A stretch of 64,000 nucleotides of DNA from Actinomycetota bacterium. Its GTDB lineage: Bacteria; Actinomycetota; Geothermincolia; Fen-727; JAQUKT01. The stretch lies in NCBI GenBank assembly GCA_028718945.1, contig JAQUKT010000003.1, positions 624-64,623 on the forward strand. Reading direction: 5' to 3'. The number at the start of each line of letters is the position of its first letter. Within the stretch, counting starts at the first letter, position 1. Positions 21,662 through 29,607 of the stretch are shown piece by piece. Both the position numbers and the translations under genes were made by a program. The notes under the pieces were generated by a model. The model saw only the letters and a program-made list of their open reading frames with translations, did no database searches and was not told the DNA's origin.

Positions 21662-24325
21662 TTGCTTTCCTTTCAAAAGAGAAAAGTGGAGGGTGATTTG
21701 AAGAGCGCGGAATTGAGAGAAACTTTCTTAGAGTTCTTCGCGGAAAGAAATCACGAGGTGGTCAATAGCTCGTCACTTGTCCCAGATGACCCAACTATCT
21801 TACTGACAACTGCCGGGATGGTTCAGTTCAAGCCCTATTTTCTTGGAGAAAAACCTCCTTCATATAAACGCGCGACATCGGTGCAAAGATGCGTGCGCAC
21901 AACCGATGTGGAATCTGTCGGGAAAACCGCAAGGCACAATACGTTTTTTGAGATGCTTGGAAACTTCTCTTTCGGGGATTACTACAAGGAAAGCGCGATT
22001 CCCTGGGCATGGGAACTTCTGACCGAGGTTTTTGGAATCAACCCCGGGGATTTGTGGATTTCCGTTTTCGAAGAAGACGAGGAGGCAGAGAGAATATGGA
22101 AGCAAATATCTTCTGTTGACCCCGGGCGCGTTATTCGTCTCGGAGCGGAAGACAATTTCTGGGACATGGGAGAGACTGGCCCCTGCGGTCCCTGTTCAGA
22201 GATTCTCCTCGACAGAGGCGAGAAATACTCTTGTGGTCCGGACTGCGCTCCGGGGTGCGACTGCGACAGGTTTCTCGAACTCTGGAATCTTGTCTTCATG
22301 CAATATGACAGGTTGCCGGATGGTAGTTTGAAACCACTTCCACAAAAAAACATTGACACTGGTCTTGGTCTCGAGCGACTTGCTGCAGTCAAACAGAACA
22401 AGGAAAACGTTTTTCAAACAGACCTGTTCTTGCCCATCATGGAGATGATATTCGAAATCTCCGGGGTGAAGATGGGAGAATCCAAAGAATCAGACGTTTC
22501 AATAAAAGTTATCGCTGACCATGCGAGAGCCTCGGCTTTTCTCATTTCCGATGGAGTGATTCCTTCAAACGAGGGCAGAGGATATATTTCAAGACGCCTC
22601 ATCCGAAGGGCTCTCATGCACGCAAGGCTGCTCGGCCTGAACAGGCCATTCCTCGAAAAGCTTGCAATGCTGACAACTGAGATGTTCGGGGATACCTATG
22701 AAGGTTTGAAGGAGAATTCTCGATTGATAAGAGAAGTTGTTGTTGCTGAGGAGAAAAGATTCAGGCAGACGCTTGAGCAGGGTGTTTCCTATCTTACCGG
22801 GCTCATAGCAGATAACAAAAAAGCGGGAAAAAATTTCATTGATGGGGATGCGGCTTTCTACCTTCACGATACACTGGGCTTTCCTTTGGAGCTAACTCGC
22901 GAAATAGCGGAAGAATCAGGTCTTACTGTTGATGAAGGTGGCTTCGCTAAATTGATGAAACTCCAAAAAAGCCGAGCGCGGCTTTCCCGCGAGCATGATT
23001 CGCTTATCGAAGAGGAAGTGTTTTCGAGCATTTTGTTGGAGCACGGTACCACGGATTTTCAAGGATATAACTCTACGGAGCTTGAGACTCGCATTTGTGC
23101 GATCGTATCTGAGGGAAGCGAGAAGGTTGAAATTGCTGGTGGTTCTCTGATGGCGGAAATAGTCCTTGAAAATTCTCCGTTTTATGCCGAGTCTGGTGGG
23201 CAAATAGGTGATACCGGGGAAATAGAATCACCGTCGGGAATATTCGATGTGAAAGAGACTTATTACGGAGCGCCCGGACTCATAGTGCACAGGGGCGTCC
23301 TTTCCGGACAGATGACCCGTGGCCAGAATGTAGTTGCTCGAGTTGATTCGAGAAGGCGAATGGATATAGCGAAAAACCATTCCGCCACGCATCTTCTCCA
23401 CTGGGCCCTCAGGGATGTTCTCGGACCTCATGCAAAACAGGCAGGGTCGCTGGTTGCTCCGGATATCTTACGCTTCGATTTCACGCACTTCAAACCATTG
23501 ACAGAACAGGAGATAAAAAAAATCGAAAACCTGGCAAATGAGAAGGTGCTCGAGGATGTTCCCGTGAGTACTTGTCTAACCACACAAAAAAAGGCTTCCG
23601 AGGAAGGCGCAGTTGCGCTCTTTGGAGAGAAATATGGTGATGAGGTAAGGGTGGTTGATATTGGTGGTTTTTCAAAAGAACTCTGCGGAGGCATTCATGT
23701 GACAAGAACCGGTCAGATTGGGCTCATAAAGATAGTTCAGGAAAGTGGTATTGGTGCGGGTTTGAGAAGAATCGAGGCTACAAGTGGCATGCGTAGCGCA
23801 GAGCTTTTCAGACAAACAGAGGAGACTTTAGAGAAAGCAGCCTCATTGCTAAAGTGTTCAAAGGATGAGATTCCTTACCTAATTGAGAGTTTGACTTCTC
23901 GTCTTAGGGAACTCGAGCGTCTTGAGGAAAAAGAGAGGAAAGGCAAAGCAAAGGAAGAGGCTTCACGTATCCTGAAGAAAAAGGGCGCTCTCGAGTCGAA
24001 AGCGGATTTTGTTTTTGAACATGTTCGGAGCCGGGACCTTGATTTCTTGAGAGAACTTGCGGATACCCTAATAGAAGCAGGAGCTCAATTGGTTGCTCTT
24101 GGCTCAGAAGTTGGCGAAAGGGCGAACCTTGTCGTGAAGATTTCAAGAGACCTTGCGAGAAAAGGATTTGATGCCCGCGAGCTTGCAAGGTCCGGTGGTG
24201 AGATTCTTGGCGGCGGAGGCGGGGGTAGAAAAGATATGGCGCAAGCGGGAGGCGGAAGGGTTGATATGGTTGACGAAGCCCTTCAAAGAATCGAGTCAAT
24301 TGTTAGAGAAGGCAGAAAAGTTTGA
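21662..24325 (+). CDS. alaS: Alanine--tRNA ligase AlaS (start may be TTG ~21698)
   Basis: FLEFF..HEVV.SSSLVP..DPT N-terminus, WNLVFMQYD, editing domain and C-terminal DHHA1-like region; 887 aa. Confidence 0.92.
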   Translation: MLSFQKRKVEGDLKSAELRETFLEFFAERNHEVVNSSSLVPDDPTILLTTAGMVQFKPYFLGEKPPSYKRATSVQRCVRTTDVESVGKTARHNTFFEMLGNFSFGDYYKESAIPWAWELLTEVFGINPGDLWISVFEEDEEAERIWKQISSVDPGRVIRLGAEDNFWDMGETGPCGPCSEILLDRGEKYSCGPDCAPGCDCDRFLELWNLVFMQYDRLPDGSLKPLPQKNIDTGLGLERLAAVKQNKENVFQTDLFLPIMEMIFEISGVKMGESKESDVSIKVIADHARASAFLISDGVIPSNEGRGYISRRLIRRALMHARLLGLNRPFLEKLAMLTTEMFGDTYEGLKENSRLIREVVVAEEKRFRQTLEQGVSYLTGLIADNKKAGKNFIDGDAAFYLHDTLGFPLELTREIAEESGLTVDEGGFAKLMKLQKSRARLSREHDSLIEEEVFSSILLEHGTTDFQGYNSTELETRICAIVSEGSEKVEIAGGSLMAEIVLENSPFYAESGGQIGDTGEIESPSGIFDVKETYYGAPGLIVHRGVLSGQMTRGQNVVARVDSRRRMDIAKNHSATHLLHWALRDVLGPHAKQAGSLVAPDILRFDFTHFKPLTEQEIKKIENLANEKVLEDVPVSTCLTTQKKASEEGAVALFGEKYGDEVRVVDIGGFSKELCGGIHVTRTGQIGLIKIVQESGIGAGLRRIEATSGMRSAELFRQTEETLEKAASLLKCSKDEIPYLIESLTSRLRELERLEEKERKGKAKEEASRILKKKGALESKADFVFEHVRSRDLDFLRELADTLIEAGAQLVALGSEVGERANLVVKISRDLARKGFDARELARSGGEILGGGGGGRKDMAQAGGGRVDMVDEALQRIESIVREGRKV

Positions 24326-24326
24326 A

Positions 24327-24734
24327 ATGAGAATAGCTGGCTTGGATGTTGGTGAGAAGATGATTGGAGTCGCAATAAGCGATGAATCCGGTGCAATAGC
24401 ACAACCTTTTAAGAGCATCGAAAGAGATTCAGGCGTTTTGGAGTGTCTTCGAGAGTTTTTTCGCGAATACGGAGTCGAAAAAATAATTGTTGGCATGCCT
24501 TTTCTTCTGAACGGCACAGAGGGCAGTGAGTCTCGCAAGACAAGGGAATTTGCCCGCGAGGTCGAGCAGGCTTGTGGTCTTTCCGTAGAGTTTCAGGATG
24601 AGAGACTTTCAACAAGGGAAGCGGAAGTTGTCCTCAAGAATGCGGCAATAAACAGGGATAAGAAACGAAGAGCAGGTCACAGTATTGCGGCTGCGCTGAT
24701 TCTTCAAAAATACCTCGAATCGTACAGGCGGTGA
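24327..24734 (+). CDS. ruvX: Putative pre-16S rRNA nuclease / Holliday junction resolvase-like YqgF (RuvX)
   Basis: MRIAGLDVGEKMIGVAISD; conserved position after alaS. Confidence 0.85.
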   Translation: MRIAGLDVGEKMIGVAISDESGAIAQPFKSIERDSGVLECLREFFREYGVEKIIVGMPFLLNGTEGSESRKTREFAREVEQACGLSVEFQDERLSTREAEVVLKNAAINRDKKRRAGHSIAAALILQKYLESYRR

Positions 24735-25591
24735 GGATGCACGATTATCCAGAATACGAAAGCAGGCTCGCCAAGAGAAGGGCAATTTCAAGGGAGAGAA
24801 AACGAAGAAAAATTACTTTTCTTGTTAGTTTTTTTCTCATAATTGTCATTGTGCCATTTTTTTTCTGGCTCGGGTGGCATTACCTCAAACCTGAAGAGAA
24901 GAGGCCTCTAAAAACATACAGAGTTGTAGTACCTGAGGGGCTTGATACAAGGCAAACTGCGCGTAAGGTTGCCTCGCAATGTGAAATAACTTATGACGAA
25001 TTCATGGCAGCAACGAACGATGATTACAGCAAAAAAAGTTTTCTGAAGGGTTCAAATGGGACGCTCGAAGGGTTCTTATTTCCGAAAACTTATGATGTGG
25101 ATTCAAAAACAACCGCGAAGGGACTAATATTGAGAATGCTTGACCAGTTTGAAACAGAAACATCCCCCCTCGACTGGTCAAAAGCTTCCTCTATGGGAAT
25201 GAGTAAGTATCAGATTCTCACAATCGCTTCTCTTATTGAGAAAGAGGCAAAGTTTTCTGATGAGAGACCGATCATCTCTTCCGTTGTCTATAACAGAATA
25301 AAGAAAAACATGAAACTTCAGATTGACGCGACCGTTCAATACTCTTTAGGTGAGTGGAAACCCTCATTGACTTACGATGACTTGAAGGTAGATTCTCCAT
25401 ATAATACTTACCTTTATTCCGGTCTACCACCCGGTCCAATTTGCAATCCAGGGATAGATTCCATCAGGTCGGCGCTAAACCCAGCGCAAACCGATTACAT
25501 TTATTATATTGTTACTTCTTCGGAGGGAAGACATAGTTTCACTGCGGACTATCAGCAATTCTTGAATTGGAAGAAAAGCAAAAGTGGTTAG
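24731..25591 (+). CDS. mltG: Endolytic murein transglycosylase MltG (YceG family)
   Basis: N-terminal TM helix and YceG motif GLPPGPICNPG. Confidence 0.85.
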   Translation: MRMHDYPEYESRLAKRRAISRERKRRKITFLVSFFLIIVIVPFFFWLGWHYLKPEEKRPLKTYRVVVPEGLDTRQTARKVASQCEITYDEFMAATNDDYSKKSFLKGSNGTLEGFLFPKTYDVDSKTTAKGLILRMLDQFETETSPLDWSKASSMGMSKYQILTIASLIEKEAKFSDERPIISSVVYNRIKKNMKLQIDATVQYSLGEWKPSLTYDDLKVDSPYNTYLYSGLPPGPICNPGIDSIRSALNPAQTDYIYYIVTSSEGRHSFTADYQQFLNWKKSKSG

Positions 25592-26072
25592 AAAAGGAGA
25601 GGTTTTGCTCGAGACTGAAGAGTCAATGCTACTTCAATTGAAAGCTCTCATGCGGATAGCCTCGATTCTTGATTCGGCTGGCGAAAGGGTTCTTGGAAAG
25701 GGAGCGGGGGCGATCATGTATCAGGCGGGTAAGGAAGAAGGGCGTGAACAGGGAAGAAAACTTGAACCTGCCTCGAATTTCAATGCCGCTTTGGCTTCGC
25801 TTCTTTTAGAAGGAAACACAATCTGCGATTTCGATTATTTTGAGGGCGAGAGTGCTTCACGGACAAAAGAAATCAGCGTAGTTGTTTTCAGGAGATGTCC
25901 GCTCAATGCGCTATCTCGCTCCACTGGTTCAAATTTAGGCGGATTTCTCTGTCAGGCATTGCATGGATACCTTGCTGGCTCAATTGAAGAAATGCTTGGG
26001 AAAAAGGTTGATTTGAGGACCCTGCACTCAGGGCCTCGTGCATGCAAGATTCGCGTTGAGATGGTGAAATGA
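25584..26072 (+). CDS. V4R (4-vinyl reductase-like) domain protein
   Basis: VVVFRRCPLNA...GFLCQALHGYLAGSIEEMLGKKVDL...GPRACKIRVE fits the V4R domain Cys pattern. Confidence 0.55.
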   Translation: MVRKGEVLLETEESMLLQLKALMRIASILDSAGERVLGKGAGAIMYQAGKEEGREQGRKLEPASNFNAALASLLLEGNTICDFDYFEGESASRTKEISVVVFRRCPLNALSRSTGSNLGGFLCQALHGYLAGSIEEMLGKKVDLRTLHSGPRACKIRVEMVK

Positions 26073-26917
26073 TGTTTGTTTCAACTGCGGAGTTCACTTC
26101 CTGTTGTGGTTGTCTTTCCTCTCTTCTCGAGGTGGGAGAACCTCTTGTTTCGCTCTTGAGTGAGCACAGTGTCTCTTTTTCGGAACTTGTAGATTTTCAA
26201 GACATTTCTCCTTCGGATGTCACTATTGTTTGGGGCTGCATTGGAGATGAAGAAGACGAAAGAATTGCCAATGAGGTTTCGAGGATGAGCAAGAAGATCA
26301 TCGCAGCTGGTTCTTGCGCTGTCTATGGTGGGATATCAGCAAGAATGCAGCAACTACCTTCGAAGGAACGGGTTCCTTCTTCACTCAGTAGATTTGAGCC
26401 AGTTGATGCCTACATTCCGGTTGACCTTTACGTTCCGGGTTGCCCTCCACCAGGCCGCATTCTGTTCGAAGCACTCAAAGGAACGCTTGAAGACTATACT
26501 CCGATTCATTATGACTATACAGTTTGTTCGGAGTGCAAACGGAAATGCGAGAAAAAGCACACGGGCAGGTGGTTCAAGAGAAACGAGCGGATACCTGTTG
26601 AAGGTATTTGTTTTCTCGATCAGGGATTTCTATGTATGGGACCAGTAACTCGTGGAGGATGTCATGCATCCTGTACTTCAAGAGGCGCAGCATGTATTGG
26701 GTGCAGGGGGCCATCCGATACTGTTCTTTTGTCTCATCTACATTCCCTTTATTCCGACATGCTTCACTATATTTCAATTTCCACTACTGGCAAGAGGGCG
26801 AAGCCGGAAAAGACACTCGAGGAATATATTGACCTACTTTACTTGTTTACACTTCGCGACCCGGTGACGAAAGAAAGACCAAGGGAAAGACTTCCGAGAA
26901 CAAAGGAAGAAAAGTAA
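26069..26917 (+). CDS. [NiFe]-hydrogenase small subunit-like (NuoB fold) with C-terminal Cys-rich FeS extension
   Basis: SCCGC...GSCAVYGG...PVDLYVPGCPPPG proximal-cluster motifs plus CSECKRKC...GFLCMGPVTRGGCHASC...ACIGCRGP. Confidence 0.7.
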   Translation: MMFVSTAEFTSCCGCLSSLLEVGEPLVSLLSEHSVSFSELVDFQDISPSDVTIVWGCIGDEEDERIANEVSRMSKKIIAAGSCAVYGGISARMQQLPSKERVPSSLSRFEPVDAYIPVDLYVPGCPPPGRILFEALKGTLEDYTPIHYDYTVCSECKRKCEKKHTGRWFKRNERIPVEGICFLDQGFLCMGPVTRGGCHASCTSRGAACIGCRGPSDTVLLSHLHSLYSDMLHYISISTTGKRAKPEKTLEEYIDLLYLFTLRDPVTKERPRERLPRTKEEK

Positions 26918-26918
26918 G

Positions 26919-28244
26919 ATGGATGAAACAGAAAGTGGCCGGACCGTAAGAATTTATCCTCTGACGAGAATACCCGGAAGAGCCGATATTCAAATACTTT
27001 TCTCACATAATGAAGAAGTAGAGGAAGCCAGATTCAGGGTTCTCAAATCAAGGAAACTTGAGAATATTGTAAGGGGAATGCCATGCTCTTACGCGCCACT
27101 AATTCTTTCAAGGTCTTGTGCTTCATGTGGACTGATGCACGCTCTTGCGAGCTCGATTGCGATTGAGCAAGCTTGTGGGGTTCAAGTTCCTCCTGCGGCG
27201 AAGGCTTTGCGGGAACTTGTTTCATCACTTTTTTTTGCATCAACGCATATCACTAACATGCTCTACTTCATGCTTCCAGATTACGCGCTCCCGATGTCAG
27301 ACTCAAAGGTCAGGAACGTGTTTGGAATATACAATGTCGAGCCGGAAATAATTAGCCGAATTGCACGTGTTCAATCCTCCTTTGTCAAGGCGATTTCAAA
27401 GGTTGCCGGAAAGTCCATTAACTCTTCCTTCTTCATTCCGGGCGGAGTATCCACCGGCGTGGATGAAAAATTGGTTTCAGATTTATTTCTTCTTGAAGGG
27501 TTGAAAGAGGACCTTGGCGAGATTCTGAACTTTTTGAGAACGCTTTTGAAAGGATGTTCAAGCGTTATGGATGCGGGAAGACCTTTGAGAGGCTTCTATT
27601 TTGGAGTCACCGATGATGATTACCCTTCTTTTTGCGGTGACTCTTTAACATTTGCCTCATTTTCAGGTGAAGAAAAAATCACCCTCGACAAGAGTCATTT
27701 CATTTCAGCAATAAAGAACACTCAGTCCGAATGGACGTGCGCTGAATCTATTTCGGTTGGAGAGTATGCGCCTGCTCTCACCGGTGCTCTGGCAAGAGCG
27801 AACCTTGGATTTGATTCGGCCTCTTTTGCGGGTGCTGAATCAAGCAAATGTTTCGAGATTTGGGGTCATCCCTTTTCGCGTGATTCCCTTTCAATTCTTG
27901 CGAAAGGTCTTGAAGTTATAAGAGCGTGGGAAAGAGCAATCGAAATAATAAAAAGCGAAAGCATCGTGGGCGAGGAAGTATTTGTTCCCTTCTCTTTTTC
28001 GCAGGGAACCGGTTGCTCTATTGTCGAGTCTCCAGCGGGAGTTATCGTTCACGAAGTCGCACTGGATGATGAGGGGTTTATTAGAGATTACCGAATTGCA
28101 ACTCCGCTTGATTTCAATTACCAGATGTTGAACGAGTGTCTTTCCAATGTGGCAAGAGATGTCGTTTCCGGGATCGACATAGATGATAAAGAGTCCATGA
28201 GATTGATGTTGTGTGTTAGGGCATTGAATTCATGTATGGTTTGA
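26919..28244 (+). CDS. [NiFe]-hydrogenase large-subunit homologue with non-canonical C-terminal metal-binding motif
   Basis: L1 motif RSCASCGLMH (RxCGxCxxxH with G to A) and THITNMLYF present. Expected C-terminal DPCxxCxxH is replaced by LCVRALNSCMV-stop, with no maturation extension. Confidence 0.65.
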   Translation: MDETESGRTVRIYPLTRIPGRADIQILFSHNEEVEEARFRVLKSRKLENIVRGMPCSYAPLILSRSCASCGLMHALASSIAIEQACGVQVPPAAKALRELVSSLFFASTHITNMLYFMLPDYALPMSDSKVRNVFGIYNVEPEIISRIARVQSSFVKAISKVAGKSINSSFFIPGGVSTGVDEKLVSDLFLLEGLKEDLGEILNFLRTLLKGCSSVMDAGRPLRGFYFGVTDDDYPSFCGDSLTFASFSGEEKITLDKSHFISAIKNTQSEWTCAESISVGEYAPALTGALARANLGFDSASFAGAESSKCFEIWGHPFSRDSLSILAKGLEVIRAWERAIEIIKSESIVGEEVFVPFSFSQGTGCSIVESPAGVIVHEVALDDEGFIRDYRIATPLDFNYQMLNECLSNVARDVVSGIDIDDKESMRLMLCVRALNSCMV

Positions 28245-28253
28245 CAGGCGGAA

Positions 28254-28523
28254 ATGGAAATCTATGAAATAAAGATTCTAAGAGAAAGATGTAAGGATTG
28301 CGGAAATTGCCTTGAGCTATGCCCTCAAAGCAAAGCAACCGAGACCCCCCCTGTTTTCCTCGAGGATGATGGAGTTGTGAGAGTAGGAAACCCGGCTTCT
28401 TGCATTGGTTGCTTTACGTGTGTGGAATTCTGTCGGGCATCTGCGGTTCGCGTCCTTCCAGCAGAGGGTTTTCCTCTGCTTCCCGATATATTCGTCTCGA
28501 GACCGACTTCGAGGATTTTCTAA
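28254..28523 (+). CDS. 2x[4Fe-4S] ferredoxin
   Basis: CKDCGNCLELCP and CIGCFTCVEFC cluster motifs. Confidence 0.7.
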   Translation: MEIYEIKILRERCKDCGNCLELCPQSKATETPPVFLEDDGVVRVGNPASCIGCFTCVEFCRASAVRVLPAEGFPLLPDIFVSRPTSRIF

Positions 28524-28574
28524 CCGACTGCCGACCTTCACCTTGAATCAATGTGATGAATGGTTGAATTCTTA

Positions 28575-28602
28575 TTCAATCAAAGATATTTCTCGATATA
28601 AT
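28575..28602 (+). promoter_or_regulatory. Weak promoter candidate (TTCAAT, 16-nt spacer, TATAAT) upstream of the first Roadblock gene
   Basis: Perfect -10 hexamer at 28597-28602, poor -35; SD GAGGAGG at 28629-28635. Confidence 0.3.
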
Positions 28603-28642
28603 AAAAGAAGAAAAAAATATTTCTAACTATGAGGAGGTTGTT

Positions 28643-29011
28643 TTGGCATCAACTCGTGAACAGCAAATGAAAGATTACCTTGAGGAACTGAAGGAAGCAG
28701 GCACAGGAATACTTTCTGCTGTACTTGTCAGCTCCGATGCTATGCCAATTGCGTCTGTTGGAGGCGAAGTTCAAGAGGAACTTATGAGCGCAATGGCTTT
28801 TTCTCTTTTGCAGGCAGGCGAACGGGTTGCAGCTGATTTGAACTGCGGAAATGTTGAGCAGCTTTATTTGAAGGGGGAGGGATGTGACTTTGTCATCCTC
28901 AGGGTAAATGATAATGCTGTTCTTGCCTGTACTGTTGACCATGATGCGAGGATGGGAATCATCCTTCTCGAGGTAAACAGGTGCGGCCAGAAACTTGTCG
29001 AAATCATATAG
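28643..29011 (+). CDS. Roadblock/LC7 (MglB-like) domain protein
   Basis: About 120 aa, SAVLVSSDAMPIAS...AFSLL pattern typical of Roadblock/LC7. Confidence 0.7.
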   Translation: MASTREQQMKDYLEELKEAGTGILSAVLVSSDAMPIASVGGEVQEELMSAMAFSLLQAGERVAADLNCGNVEQLYLKGEGCDFVILRVNDNAVLACTVDHDARMGIILLEVNRCGQKLVEII

Positions 29012-29056
29012 CGTGTCATATTGTCGAGGGTTTTTTGAAGAAAGGAAGAATGTCCT

Positions 29057-29593
29057 GTGGTAGAATTAAACGACGAGGGGAAAATAATCGGTGTTGTATC
29101 CTCTGAAGAAAAGGGAAAAGAGCTGGTTTCTGGTAATTCTGCTTTTGATTCTATGGAAAGCAGCAATAATAATACAGCTGGGGAGAAACATTTGGAGGAA
29201 CGGGAAACTCTACTTAGGAAGGAACTTGAGGGGCTCATTGAAAAATCCCCTGACATCGATGCCGCTGCGATTGTCAGTATGGATGGTTTTGTTATGGCGT
29301 CTATTCTTCCCCCGGAATACGAGGAAGACAGACTCGGCGCAATGACCGCTGCTTTGTTGAGTCTTGGTGAAAGAACAGCACTGGAACTCGGAAGGGGAGA
29401 GCTTGCTCAGGTATTTGTTGAGGGAACCAAGGGATATGTTTTTCTTCTTTCTGCCGGAGAGGATGCGGTTCTTGCCGCAATCGTTCGCAGGGGCAGTAAA
29501 CTCGGGCTCGTTTTGTATGATATCAGGAATGCGGCAACCAAGATCGCATCGATTTTTCAGACTGAATCAGAAATAGAAAATAGTTCTGAGTAG
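29057..29593 (+). CDS. Roadblock/LC7 domain protein with N-terminal extension
   Basis: C-terminal 120 aa (AAAIVSMDGFVMAS...AALLSLGER...FLLSAGEDAVLAAIV) matches Roadblock/LC7. Confidence 0.65.
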   Translation: MVELNDEGKIIGVVSSEEKGKELVSGNSAFDSMESSNNNTAGEKHLEERETLLRKELEGLIEKSPDIDAAAIVSMDGFVMASILPPEYEEDRLGAMTAALLSLGERTALELGRGELAQVFVEGTKGYVFLLSAGEDAVLAAIVRRGSKLGLVLYDIRNAATKIASIFQTESEIENSSE

Positions 29594-29607
29594 TGTGGTG
29601 ATATACT

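Noticed and set aside
24153-24330. Long form of ORF 24153..24734 overlapping the alaS 3' end.
   Set aside because: The conserved YqgF/RuvX N-terminus begins at MRIAGLDVG (24327); the upstream part is an out-of-frame read-through of the alaS C-terminus.
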